In this document: one piece after another, positions 24,430-38,200 of the stretch
How positions within the stretch are numbered: the first letter of the stretch is position 1
How the letters are laid out: the number at the start of each line of letters is the position of its first letter
NCBI RefSeq assembly: GCF_021028975.2
Contig: NC_059432.1
Span: 62,558,001 to 62,622,000 of the forward strand
From: Sphaerodactylus townsendi
Lineage: Eukaryota
Direction: 5' to 3'
DNA: 64,000 nt
Notes under the pieces: model-generated
Databases searched by the model: none
The model's input: only the letters and a program-made list of their open reading frames with translations
Told to the model about the DNA's origin: nothing
Position numbers and translations under genes: made by a program

Positions 24430-27400
24430 CCCAGGTGCATCCTGGGGTCTCCTTGGAGATTTGTTCTTGTTCTCAACTCACTTTTCTGAGTCCGAGTGTC
24501 TGAGGAGCTCCACGTTTGTGTGTGTACGTATGGGTGGATGGTGGCAACATTCTCTGGATTTTCCCAGAGCAAGAGGAAAGGCAGGGTTTTGACTTGACTT
24601 TTGATTGCTCTTGTGGGAGGCAGATGAGAAATTGGAATGAACCTTGTTGGAACATGTTCTTTTTCAGTTGGTCCTTGAACTTTTGGGGAGGGAGTGCATT
24701 TCTCACGGAAGATGGGAAAAGGATGGCTTAGAAACTGACCAGCTAAGCGGATGGAAACATGAGTATTTGTAAACCAGTCCATACTTGGCTCCAGTCAGTC
24801 TAGGAATGTGAGCCAGATTGAAGATCTGTCATGGAAACTCTGAGCAGAGAAACTGTCTTGTCACCTGTCTCCATTGCTCAGCAGTTGTTTTGTTAGTTTA
24901 TAGAAGGACCATTTTTCTCCCTGTCCCTTTTTTTTAAACCCAAAAGAGAATAAGCACATCCTAAGCTGTTAAACTCCACTTACTTCTGTATGTGTGCAAG
25001 TGTGTTAAATCCTGAGGTTGATACTTGAGAATCTGAACCGTGACAGGATGATTGGAGCAGTTTATTTTAGGATCTAGTTTGTAATGCATGGCGTAGAACA
25101 GGAACACCCTTCCTCTGATCTGTTATAGACTATCCTTGTCCTAGCATCCTGTAGTGGAGACAGACGCCTGTCGTGCAGCCAAGTGTTTCTTGACCCTTCT
25201 CCCTCCCCTCATCATCCTGCCTCATGTGTACTTTAAAGATGTAGTGTTGATGCTTTCCGTATCAGCCAAAACTTCATACCTAGGCTGTGTCCTCTGCACA
25301 CAGGGCTATTCAACCATCCTTGCAGGGAAGCCAGGTAATGGTTTTAGAACTATTTTATTTATTGAAAAACTTTTATGGCAACTGAATTATTAACTACTAG
25401 ACCAATTGTTTGTTTCCTGTTTTCTCTTTCGCACACAAGCCTATTATGGTATCTCCCCCCAAATATTGTTTAACACTAACACTGACATGTTAACAGTATA
25501 ATTATTTAGTACTGTTGGGTCAGCTACGCAGCCTCTCCCTCTTGGAGTACCTTGTTACTGCTGGAGGAGCTGTTTTTCATGAATGTACCACAGGAGGGAA
25601 CAATACTTCGTACTGGAATCCTTCAGACATTGAGTAGTGACCTCCTGAGGGCGGCGGCCATTCCAGAGTTGGAGACCTTTCTGCACTTACAGAAATGGAA
25701 AGGGTCATATGTCTGCTTTGAATTGAGAATTTTGTTTTTATACGGTTTTTTTTAATACATATGTTTTGGTGCTTCTGATTTTAAGCTTTTAAAAAAACGG
25801 CTGCTGCTAAAAACCAAATACTGTATATTGTTTGCCATTTTAAGTATTAGAAAACAATGCAGCAGTATTAGAAAACAATGCAGCAAGATTCTAGCTTTGT
25901 GACTACCTATAGCTAAATTGTGGCAGAAAAAAAACACTGCAATAGGAATTGGGGGACTTGATCTCCCAGATGCTGGCAAAGCGTTGTCCTGTGTGCTACT
26001 GACCGTCGCTGTCTTTTGGATGTGGTCCAGTTTGTCTTTTGGTGGTAAGCCTTTATTTTACTCTTGGAGGTGTTCAGAAAACCTCTTCAGGGGTGAATAG
26101 GCACGTGGCCTATCTGTTTCAAGAGCTGTGTGGAGGGGGAAAGCTCATTCTCTGTTCTGCAGAGACAATGTGATCTTGTGTGTTGTGCAGTGGCTCTCAC
26201 AGTGTCTTCAGAAAAACAAAACCCCAGACTAAGTCCTTGCTGCTGAAAATATGAAATTAGTAGTTCCATCCTAAGTATATTTATACATGTCTAAGTTAAG
26301 TCAACTGGCTGAGAAAGGAATAACACTGGTTTAGGATTGCACTGTAGAATTGGCACCCTGTTCCCTAGGTCCTTCCTAGTATAAGAGCAGATGAACCAGA
26401 GTGGCTACTGGAACTGTCAGGTATTGTTTCAGGATAACTGGCTGGTTCTTGGAAAGGAAAAATGGAAGACATAAAGGTGAACTGTGTGAGAGTGGCTTAA
26501 TGATCTCACTGTAACTCATCATATTTGGTGTTTACCTAAAGGATATCTGTTACTTCCTTGATTTCTCTTCCTACAAGGAAGATGATCTTAGATTGAGTAG
26601 TGACATGTTTTTATGAGCAGTATCACCACAGCCATTTCCCCTTATCTTTAGGTCCAAGTAGCATGGCCAGTCAGGAGACTCATTGTGAAAAGGTGGGAAC
26701 ATTCTATCCAGGCAATAAATCCAAGAGAAGGATTGGCACATGATTCTGTAGTATTGCTGTATATATTTTTTTTGTTCTGTAACTATGCCTGGTGTCTGAG
26801 TCTGCTGGAAAAATGAATTGCTGAAGCACTGAGAGTAGGCATGAAGTCACTCTGCAGTAACATTCTCAGACCCTCATTTTTTAAAACCACACTCAGTGCT
26901 GACAGATAGAAATGGGATATCTGTGTGCATTTATAATATTTTAAGTAAAATGTCATGGATTTGCTCATCTCAGATGTACCCAGAGCATCTTACAGTGCAA
27001 TCCTATGCACAGTTAGTTCAATCTAAGCCTATTGATTTTAAAGGGCCTAGACTAGGGTAACTCTGCAAAGGATTGCCCTGTGGGTCAACTGTGTTGCTAG
27101 GAGAGCGTAGCATGTCCGGTGACTTTAGAAAGTTGTCTTCTAATCCACAGTTGTCTTATCCAATGGTTGTATTAATGCCACTTCATTTTGTTTTGTATTA
27201 ATTCAGAGTGAAATGAAGTTTCTCTTGTAATAAGCCCAGTAGTTCTAGTGGTGTTCAGACCTTATCATGTTCAGCTGGATTTAAAGGTTTGTTATATCAT
27301 TGGCTAAGAAGCTGGTTTGCATTGATACTTAGAGGTTCTGCCTAGTAAGCCTATCATTACTATGGCAGATACTAAGGCTAGAGTGGCTGATCTGAATTTG

Positions 27401-28125
27401 CAGGCAAGCAGATTCTTTGCTTTAGCATACTGTGTTTGTTAGCAACAGCTTGTAGCTCTTAAACTGTTTGGGGTATTTTTGCCAAGAGCACTGAATGGTA
27501 GACAAGGGATGACTTTTCATGGACCAAGGGGATAATCCTGATTACTAGCTTGTCCATTTATGAGACTTACAGACTGTCACCTGAAATGTTTTCTGGAGGA
27601 CCATACTACGGCCTTCTCCTATAGGTAAGGGAGTCTGGCTTGCCTTATGATACAGGAATGTTGTGTTTTAATTGAACTGTCTAGGTTTCTGGTATTTTAG
27701 AGGCCTTGATTTTTATCTGGAGTTAAGTGTCTTTCTCTCCATTCTAGTAGTTGCATGAAAACAAAGGCATTTGTACTTTTAAAGAAATTTCCAATTGTTC
27801 TAACAGGGAATAGTTACTAAAAATTCAGAGCCAGTGAATGGCACCTTATACTGGTAGAAGTGACAGTGAGCAACTCTTGGCTTAGTGTAGTCCGTGTTTA
27901 GGTTGGTAGGTATGGGGAAATAGAAGGAATATGAGTAAATTTTGAAGTTGGTTTCTACCCCTCCTTTAATTCCTTGTGACTTTTTTTCTTGTTTTGACAT
28001 TCATTTTCTGAAGCAGCAATGTTGACAAACTGACAGGTGCTTTTTACAATCTAGCATTGGTTCTATCTGACATTGTACTTTGTACTTATGTGCAAACCAC
28101 TGCTGGATGCTGCCCAACATACTTA

Positions 28126-28131
28126 AATAAA
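28126..28131 (+). terminator. Candidate ACTR1A distal polyadenylation signal (implies a 3'UTR of about 3.7 kb)
   Basis: AATAAA with upstream TGTA repeats (28074-28084) and a downstream GT/T-rich tract GTGTTGTCCTCTT. Another AATAAA lies at 26714. Confidence 0.55.
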
Positions 28132-28990
28132 GTTGTTAATCTATAAAGTGTTGTCCTCTTTATTACTGGGATCATAGAAGAGATCCTGAAATATGAATGA
28201 ACTATCCCTTTTACCTGAACAGTTGCTGGAATTTCTGGAGCTGATACCTTTTACAGTGAATGGTAGTTCATACTTACTCCTTAAAATGTGTACTCCTTAA
28301 AGTGTGGATGGCAGTTTATCTTTCTATTTAGTGCTTATAATGGGAATACAGGAAGCTGCCTTTTACAGAGCCAAACTATCAAGATCAGCACTATCTGTTC
28401 TGACAGGTACTGGCAGTCCAGCCCCTCTGATCAAAAGTTCTTTCACATCACAGGCTACCTGATCCTTTTAACTGGAGAGGCTGGGGACTGAACCGGAGAT
28501 CATCTGCATTCTCTACCACTGAGCCATGCCCTAATCCAGTTATGTCTTCCATCATTTTGTCAGCCAAAAAGTACAGAACTCTAAAATGAAATGAATAGTA
28601 ATAAGGGGACAGAAGGGCTCCAACAGCAAACGTGCAGACAAAAGAACAGGAGGCTGCAGTTTTTCCCTTCCTGTGACCACTTTATCTGTTTCACTGTGAT
28701 TTCTGCAGGGAGAATGTTCTAACATGGATTAGTCAGAATCGCTCGCTTAACTAATAGCTTTATGTTCCTTGAAGAAACTTCAAGTAGCTTGATTTGTGTG
28801 TGCTAAAGAAGGGACACAATTAACAAAGAGCGGAGATGTAACAATACTGGGAATTTTGAAGCCACCCTGCGGGGCTGTTTTATGTGTGTGGAGAGAAACA
28901 GAAATTTTCGGAAGCAATTGAAATACATGCAATACTTAGCTATCAGACCTAAACTACATAACATGCATCATTTATAATTTCACATACAAT

Positions 28991-29126
28991 CAGTGGTGGG
29001 ATTCAGCAGGTTCGCACCACTTCGGCAGAACTGGTTGTTAAAATGGTGCTTGTAAACAACCAGTTGTTAAATTATTTAAATCCCACCACCAGAACCAGTT
29101 GTTGAATTATTTGAATCCCACCACTG
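28991..29126. mobile_element. hAT MITE, family A
   Basis: TIR CAGTGGTGGGATTC; perfect 8-bp TSD CATACAAT. Confidence 0.92.
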
Positions 29127-29640
29127 CATACAATCATATTATATGGCATATTTATGGAATTTAAAAATATAAATATCTTGATTTTGAATAAGAAAAAATG
29201 GGCATATACCCAGCACTTGAGCAAGAGTTACAGATTGCTGTGCCCTGTACCACCACAGCACATTTATGATTAATTAATGTCAGTTTAAGTGTTGCTAGGA
29301 AAAATAAGTTGAAAACGGAAAACAAGTTCTGTAGTAAGCAAAAGAAAGTGTCATTGGACAAACTCTGTCAAAGTCACAGTTAGTAGAACTGCCAACATTA
29401 AAACACTGAACTCTTTGATAATGTTAATTTTTGACAGTTTCTTTTAATGATACTATCTTAATTGTTGCCAAAGTTATTTATATTTAAAAAGAAGCACCCT
29501 TAAAATACTTTAATGTCTACAATATAAGTGGGGGTTTTGGAGAAAATTTGAGAATGTCCTTCTGTACTTCTGGAATGAATACAATGCTTTGATATGAGTA
29601 CAATGAGTGAGTACAATGAATGAGTACAATGAGTACAATG

Positions 29641-30540
29641 CTTTGGACCTTGATAAATTAGGTGAGTGGGCTAAGAAATGGCAAATGCAGTTCAATGTAG
29701 CAAACTGTAAAGTGATGCACATAGGGGCAAAAAATCCAAACTTCACATACACGCTGCAGGGGTCAGTGCTATCAGTCACAGACCAGGAAAGGGATTTGGG
29801 CGTCTTAGTTGATAGTTCCATGGGAATGTCAACTCAATGCATGGCAGCTGTGAAAAAGGCAAACTATGCTGGGGATCATTAGGAAAGGAATTGAGAATAA
29901 AACTGCAAGGATTGTCATGCCCTTATATAAAGCAGTGGTGCGACCGCACTTGGAGTACTGTGTTCAGTTCTGGTCGCCACATTTCAAAAAGGATATTGAA
30001 GAGATAGAAAAAGTGCAGAGAAGGGCAACAAGGATGATTGCGGGACTGGAGCACCTTCCTTATGAGGAGAGGCTGCAGCGTTTGGGACTCTTTAGTTTGG
30101 AGAGGAGACGTCTGAGGGGGGATATGATTACAGTCTATAAAATTATGCATGGGGTAGAAAATGTTGACAGAGAGAAATTTTTCTCTCTTTCCCACAATAC
30201 TAGAACCAGGGGGCATCCATTGAAAATGCGGGGGGGGAAGAATTAGGACTAATAAAAGGAAACACTTCTTCACGCAATGTGTGATTGGTGTTTGGAATAT
30301 GCTGCCACAGGAGGTGGTGATGGCCACTAACCTGGATAGCTTTAAAAAGGGTTTGGACAGATTTATGGAGGAGAAGTCGATCTATGGCTACCAATCTTGA
30401 TCCTCCTTGATCTCAGATTGCAAATGTCTTAGCAGACCAGGTGCTCAGAAACAGCAGCAGCAGCAGGCCATTGCTTTCACCTCCTGCATGTGAGCTCCCA
30501 AAGGCACCTGGTGGGCCACTGCGAGTGCTGGACTAGATGG
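29641..30540 (+). mobile_element. 5'-truncated CR1 LINE (ORF2 C-terminal fragment with frameshifts, plus 3'UTR)
   Basis: ORFs 29607-29882 and 29866-30246: WQMQFNVANCKVMHIG, ERDLGVLVD, PLYKAVVRPHLEYCVQFWSP, LERRRLRGD are typical CR1 ORF2 motifs. Confidence 0.93.
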
Positions 30541-30830
30541 CAAAAAGTCTGAAAAACAAAGATTCTGGAAATGAACAGAAAACCTAATTGGCCAAATGTT
30601 TCCCCCCCCCCCCCCCCCCCGACTCACATATCTGATCAGGAGCAGCAAATGTTGCCTCAGATTAGATTACTAATTTCTTCAGGGCGTATGGTTTATGATT
30701 ATCATTGGCTGTCACATTTAAATAATTCAACTAACCTTCAAGTGGACATGGTGGCAGCAGACTACCATCTGGATCTGATATAGTCCTTGAAAGTAGAGCT
30801 TGGTCTACAGAAGTGTTTCTGGGTTACTAC

Positions 30831-31023
30831 CAGAGGTGGGATCCAACCAGTTCTCACCACTTCTCTAGAAGTGGTTACTAATTTTTTTCTGAGTGCCAAG
30901 AAGGGGCTACTAAAGCAACCTCCCTGCCCAATAGGGACTGGAGGTGCGTGTGTGCGGCAGTGCCACTGTTTGAATCCCACCACCATCGGAACCTGTTATT
31001 AAAATTTTTGGATCCCACCACTG
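30831..31023. mobile_element. hAT MITE related to family A
   Basis: TIR CAG(A/T)GGTGGGATCC; perfect 8-bp TSD GTTACTAC. Confidence 0.9.
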
Positions 31024-34000
31024 GTTACTACCTGTGCAGCATGACCATCTCTCCTCCCACTTCTGCCCCAAATGCCCACTTGTATTTGATTCTGACAGGG
31101 AAAACAATGGGGATGGGTATTTTGACCTGCAGTAGAAAGAGAAAACTGTATTCATGCTCCTTGTAAAAATGCTGTGGTACATTCAAATATGTATTTAACA
31201 ACATTTTATTTTCCATGTGTGTTAAGAGGGAATCCCCTACATACTATCCACAGTAGGTGTTCCTATTATCTTGAAAAATCCCTGCCCCAGTTCATACATA
31301 CCTGATATATAACGCAAGTTTGAGGGATCTGAATATGATCAACAACTCCTAACCTCCAGTTGTCTACCTGGGTTCTACTCTTACATCCTTTTTGGAATCT
31401 ACAGTGTGACAGATACACAATTGAAAGCACAGAGATATTTTAAACAGCTGAGATTTATTTGTTGACCATATGAATCCATCTTATACTGCATTGGGATAGT
31501 CTAGTTGAGCATTTTCTATTCCCTGTAGCAGATTTGAAGAGGCCAGTTCAAGACCTATCAACACCATCTGTCTTGAGACCTCAATTGGAGTCTGAAGTAA
31601 GGACATCCTACATACAAAGCATGTGATTTACCACTGAACCATGGCCTCCCTCGTCAGGTTAGCAGGAAGCAAAATAGAAAGCTAAGGCTTGGGATCAAGA
31701 ATAGATGTGTAAATGCTGGAACACGTTGCAAAATGAAAAAGTAAGGTTCCTAAAATGTGACTAAGAATTCAAGACTGTAGAAAATCAAGAGAAGCAAGAT
31801 GATATGATTACCATGATGGGAAAACAAGGTAATCTTGGCATGCTGATTTGATTAAAGAATTTTCAACTGTCTGTATAAAGCACCTGGAATATATATGAAT
31901 GTGGCAGGAGTAGACCTAGGTCCTAGAGGGAACTGAGTAGGTTCCCAGAATATTTTAAGAGGTGGGAGGAAGAAAGAATAGTTGGGATTTGGGATGTTTA
32001 GAAGCAAGGATCCCACGGTCATGAGGCAAGAGAGATGGTATCTCTGCTTGCATTAGAAAAATAAGTAAAGAAACAGTAAAGGCTGTTTTCATAAAAGACA
32101 CTGGAAAAACTCTTAAGTAGAGAAAACTGATTTCTCTGTAGTCAAGAATGAATTGAACATTCGCCCTTGCAGGCAAATGGTCTAAGCATTGAGCTCTTTG
32201 ACCACCAAAAATGGCAATGTTTGGAATCATGGGACCTGCCTAAACAAAAGCTATTACAAGACAAGAGTAGAGAAAAGAGAGGAATTTAGTGGACACAAAT
32301 AGGAAAGTTGTTTTGAGCCAATCCGTGTTATTGTATATAGTTTTGTAGATAACTGGTGTGGCAGCAGCCTGCAAAGCAGCATAATTCACTATTTAGATCC
32401 AGGAGCCCTTCAAGCAACAGCAATGAGGTCAAATCTTACAAGCCAGACTCCACCTGCCTCCTGACGACACCTGGGAGGACTACTGCAGTCACTGTCCTTG
32501 CTGCAGTGCCTTCTGAAGTTCAAGGATATTTCTGACTGGAGAGGTTGCATTGAAGGGCCAGTTTGGGCACTTGCATACAGGCAGAAAGTCGAAGTGACAA
32601 AGCTACATTAGACAGCAGAGTGGAGGCAGAAAAACTTGTCACAGGGAACTAGCCTCCACAGTGGCCAAAGTACCATTACTCTAATCAGTTCCAATATTAA
32701 CTGCCACTTGTATTCATAAATAACCACACAGAAACTATTTTTAAAGGAATTTATTTTTACGAAATGAGGAATGGTGCATATGGCTTGTTAAATTAGAATA
32801 AATTACAATGAGATCATCAAATGATACAAAACCCTTTTGACAGCAAACATTTTCTGCTGCTCTAAAGGCAAAATGGCAGTTAAAAGCAGTGGGTGGCTCG
32901 GTGGCCTGGACAACACTGTAGTGGCAGCAGCAGCAGCAGTTTCGGCACCCAAAACAGCCTGCAAGTTGTACCCAGGTGTTCCATGTTGTTTCTTTTTTGT
33001 TGAAGGAACCCAGCCCAAGGTAAGAGAACTGTGGCCTTGCCCCCATTTTTTCTCCAGCCCAGCAACCAACCCAGATAGCATGAAAGCTGCTGATAAGTCA
33101 GCAACTGTGATTCACAGGTCTCTGCAAGCACCCTTAAAGATGCAGTGTACAGCCTTACCGGTTCATTGCTTATCCAGGGCAGGATGTGGTTTCTGCTCCC
33201 TGGAGACAAAGCTGTGACTTCAGGGAAGCCTGGCACTGGCCCAGTTTCTCTCATGATTCATCATATCAGATGGTGGGGAACGAAGCAAAGTCTAGTTCAA
33301 AACTGCATATCATCCTGGAAATGGAGGTGTCTTTCCTATACTAATGCTATGTGAAGTCAGCTGGCTATGCCATCTCCCTAATAAGTCGTGTGGACCAGCA
33401 TTGTCTCAGATCGCTACAGACATATGGAAGGGGCAATGGACCTCTATTTAGTCCCACTAATCAGCAGAGAGATGCCTTAGCGCTCCCACTGTTGACAGGT
33501 ATGAGAAACATTGACTACCAGCCAAGAAGTTCAGCAAACAAATGGAATGAATAAAGAACTCCCCCACCCCCCACCCCAGGATAAGTATCATCCAAGGAAG
33601 AATGCCACTTTTTCCATAGAAAATGATTCCAGCAGTTCTTCAGGGCTATAGTCCCAAACATCTTTCATCCAGTGACTGGGGCAGAGATCCTAGAAAACTT
33701 GATGTTGCTAACCACCCCTTTCTATTCACTCCCACTTACAACCCTGTTTCTCCTCCAGAGCCTATATTAACTGCCAGAGTCTAGCAATATGGTTCCATGT
33801 GCTTCTTTTTACAATAATCAGTATGATGGTTCTCTCAATTTACAGTACAAGATGAAGATTCAAGTCCAACAGCACAAAGACAAACAACATTTCCAGTATA
33901 CAAGCTTTTCAGAGTCAAATCTCTCAGTTTTAACTCTCAAAAGCCTATAGAACGGAAGTATAGTTGGTCTACAAAGGTATTACTGGACTTAAACCTTGCT

Positions 34001-34952
34001 CTTCTACTGCAGAGCAACATGGCTACCCAACTGAAACAAAGCACAAGCTTAGTTTCCCTACAGGATGTGCTTGTTTTGCAAGCACCGAATAACTTACCCT
34101 CCTTTAGTGCAATAACCTTTCACTGTGAGCTGGGCTGCCTTCAAAATACAATTTTATTCTAAGAGGGAGAGAAAAAGGGATGTTTTACTGAACAGTCCAC
34201 TGTAAAGAGAAGGTATAAGGAAAGTTGAAAATCTGAATCTCTTCCTATCAATGCAAAATTGTATAAAAATATTTGGGGGAAAAATGGGATCGCAGGTCTC
34301 AGACTGCTTCTCTGTTCTCAATATACATGGCTTGTTCTCTTGTTATGCTATTCTTCTTCACAATCAGTTGCACCCAGACAAGCAGAGGACATTTTTCAAC
34401 AAGGTAGGCTGCTGACTTTTTCTGAACTAACCTATATATGAGCAGTGATGCAAACTTTTGAGTTTCCAAGCATTATTTGACAGTAGGTGTGTCTTGTTGA
34501 AAATTCAAGAAAACTCAGAAGCTTCCATTTTGTTCACTGATCAAAATGGCTCAATTAAATATCAATTTGCCATTTTCCCTCTTAGGGCTAAAGCATGCAA
34601 CAGTGGAATGTATGATTTGATAACCCCCAGCTGCGATTTAGCCTCAAAAAGCAACTAGGAGGCTAGTTTTGCTGGAGGAAGACATGGAGGGAGTTAACAC
34701 CCTTTCCTGGTGCCATGGTCCTGATCCTCCTGATCCTTTGCTGCTTTCTGGAGTTCAACTACACATTGGGGGATAGATAACAGATCCCCACATCATCTGT
34801 AGGCTGGCCTTTACTCAAGTGCCAAAAAAGCGCCGCATCGTATGCCTGTCCAGACATAACTTTACATCCCCAAGTTAGTAGCTGGATCTCCTGCTCACTT
34901 AATGAATTTATCATGAAAATTACAGATGAGGAAAATTTACTACTGCTGGCAA

Positions 34953-35203
34953 TTAAATTGTTTTGATTTCTTGAGACCAGTTCTCTGTTTTTTGACGCTG
35001 AGATTTCACTGTCTGGAGGCGCCTTCCATGTAAGCTGAATTGTGACCAGCTGAAGATCTGAAGTAATGCACACGTGATGGGGACAAACACAAGAAGGTAG
35101 AAGCAGCCCTGACGAAGGGTGGGTTCCGAGGCCACTTTTGAAGTCAGCTTGGGCTGAGCACTCACCACTGGGTTCAGAGGATCCTGCTGAAAAATGTCAT
35201 AAC
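34953..35203 (-). CDS. MFSD13A: MFSD13A last coding exon (GYDIFQQ...[21 protein letters not shown]...IKTI*)
   Basis: ORF 34953-35240; CAG acceptor; TAA stop. Confidence 0.94.
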
Positions 35204-38200
35204 CTGGGACAACAGCAGCAAGAGAGTAAGTGTGACCCATTTATACTGTATAAAGATTATGGCTTTGACAGCTTATTTCTAAAAGTAAATTGACAGTCAT
35301 GATCTTTATTCAAAACAAAAGGCATTCTATAATCTGTTACATTAGGCCCAAATGTAATGGTACCCTTTTATCACTTTCTATTTGCAGTCTTGTATTTTTA
35401 TCCTTGCAAGGAGGAAATACAACATTTTTTCAAGGATGAAGCCCAAATGACTAGAAATTGGTCCGGAGGATTTGCTTGAGAGAAAGGAATCAACATATGA
35501 AAAGTTAGGTGAAATCCTCTCTCACAAGCAGACTCACTATCAAGGATTCCCATCTTAAAATGGCAGACTAAGGCTCTAACATGCAATTTAGCACGGCAAA
35601 CTTCATGATTCGTTATCTAGTTAGACAAAAAAGAGGACATTAAGAGAGAAGATCCTTTTATGAAATATTCACTACAATCTTCCCAAAAAAACACAGCTGC
35701 TACAGACTAATCTTCAATTAATGTAAACATATTAATACCCTTGAATATATTACCAGCTGTCATTGCTAAGTTCTCAGGAGGAGCAACTGTTACCTCAAGC
35801 CCCACTCAATTACTGAAGAAAGTTCCCTGTTCATCACCTACCTGTGTAAGAGCACAGTAACCAGGTGCCAATCAAGGGGGCAAAGGTCTGGCCAGGCTTG
35901 GTTACCAATGCAACCATGCCAAACAAGACAGCTGAGGCAGCCTGCTGCCTCTGATTTAGCACCAAGTCTTCATCTACCAAGTCAGTGACCACAAGGTTTA
36001 ACAGCTTACATGTCCCTTCGGTGAACACACGATTACTAGAAAGAAAAACAGAAATTTAGTAATTCAGGCACTCTGCGCACTGAGCTAAAACATTCCTGGG
36101 GGTATTGCACATATATTCTCGTGCAGAAAGCAAATACAGTAATAAAGTAAAAATAAAGATTTAACTATGTATTGTCGAAGGCTTTCACGGCCGGAATCAC
36201 TTGGGTGCTGTGTGGTTTCCGGGCTGTATGGCCGTGTTCTAGCAGCATTCTCTCCTGACGTTTCGCCTGCATCTGTGGCTGGCATCTTCAGAGGATCTGA
36301 TGTTGGAAAAGCAAGTGGAGTATATATCTGTCCAGGGTGTGTGGGGAGTGTCCAGGGTGGGTGGGGAAACCTTGTCTATGAGTAACAAAGGCGGCAACCA
36401 GGTCAATAGTTGAGGGCATCTGAATAGAAGTATGAGTAACAATGAAGACTATAGCCTGGGAGTAACCCTGTGAATGATATGCCAAGGTCACTGGTGGGAG
36501 CATCTGAATAGAAGTATCCTGGCCTGTTTCTTTTGTCTATGGTCATCCTGTGTTTGTGTGGAGCTGGTTTGACACAGTCTTGACCCTAGTATTTTTCAAC
36601 ACTGGCAGCCAAGTTCTGTTTCATTTTCAGAGTTTCTTCCTTCCTGTTAAAATTGTCCATGTGCTTATAGTTTTCAATTGCTTCTCTGTAGTAGTCACAG
36701 TAGTGAAGTAGCTTTCAAGAGTGGTCCAAGAATTTCTGTTTTTTCAAATAATATTCTATGTCCGGGATTTGGTTTATCATGTGTTCTGCTATTGCTGTTG
36801 ATTTTCTGGCTGAAATAGTCTGCGAGGTGTACCCTTTAAGTGTTCTTTGATGCGTGTCACAATGTGCGCTGCGTTTGGTGGTTCCTATGTAGACTTATTT
36901 TAGCTGCATGGTATCACGATAGAGCTCCTGCAGTAGCTAGAGGGATCCCTCTTATCCTTTGCTGAGCAGTAGCATCTGTTGAATTTTTCTTAGGCGGATT
37001 CTGTAGATTGTTTTGTAGGTTGTGCTTCTTGCATCCGGTTTTCCTATGCGATCCAGTGACACGCCGATTCCCTTGATTGTATGGTAAGAACACCTTCCCT
37101 CTAGATGGCTAACTTTATCTTTGTTCATGTGGCTTGTTCTTGAGTGCGATGGTTGCTCTACGGTTACAGAAATCCAGAAGGGCTGCAAGACCAAAGGAGC
37201 AAACCACATGAACAAAGATAAAGAAACCATCTGAAAGAAGTTCTTACAGCCACATCAAAGAACTGTCGCATAGAAACACGATGGCCAAAATAATCTGAAC
37301 ACCACTAAGAAAAAATTCGAAGAATGCTACGTTCAGCTGAAACTGAAGAGATCCTCAACTTACGAGGAAGTCTATAACGCTCTGGCAATCGAAGCTAATC
37401 CAGAATTCAATCTGTACCAGCGCACGAATGCGCATCAACGCTGCGAAAACACTGAAGGCCTAAACCGAGAAAAAATCGGCTGGGCAATCAAACCAGAACA
37501 CGGAATATTCCGACTGAACATAGAAAAACGAAAGGAATACCAGACCCTTTCGAAAAGCTCACTATCGAACTTACTGAAAGCGAAGTCGAATCCATAAGCA
37601 CATGGTTAATTGCTGGCAGGAAGGAAAACTCACAACTCGAAACGAGTACTGGCACCAATCGTTCGAAAAATACTAGAGGTCAGACTGTCGTAACCAACTC
37701 CCACTGGCCACAGAGATGAACAATGAACAAAAGAAACGAGCAGGATAGCTTCTATTCCAGGCTCTTCCACCGTGTTCTTGCTTATCTGAGATTACTTCCA
37801 GAGCTATCTGATCATAATTGTTACTCGCTCCACTTCTATGTTCCTGAAGATGCCCTGCAATGCTCCTGACCTGGTTATGACTCATAGACAAAGGATTTCC
37901 CCACCCACCCTGGTTACGCCTCACACCCTGGACGAATAACTCAATCAGCCTGAAAGATATACAACCTGAATCTTGACGCTGCTAGAACACGGCCATACAG
38001 CCCGGAAACCACACAGCACCCAAAAGATTTAACTAGTTTTTCTCTAAGTACACAAAATAGTATCCAGAAGGAGTGACAGAGTAAAGCCCTGCCTTTGACT
38101 GTCAAAGCAGCCTATTGGGCACTTACCACAAAGGGTCATTCTTCTCTGAGGAAAAGAGGATATCTTTTTGGATATTTCCCATCATCCAATCAAGGAAGCA

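Noticed and set aside
32741-33254. Cluster of overlapping 90-126 aa ORFs with an (AGC)n run
   Set aside because: No recognisable protein or exon structure; probably MFSD13A 3'UTR or intergenic DNA.
33858-34037. Further Penelope-like remnants (also about 11290-11425, 12430-12510 and 14600-14690)
   Set aside because: Too degenerate to delimit; hammerhead cores are incomplete.
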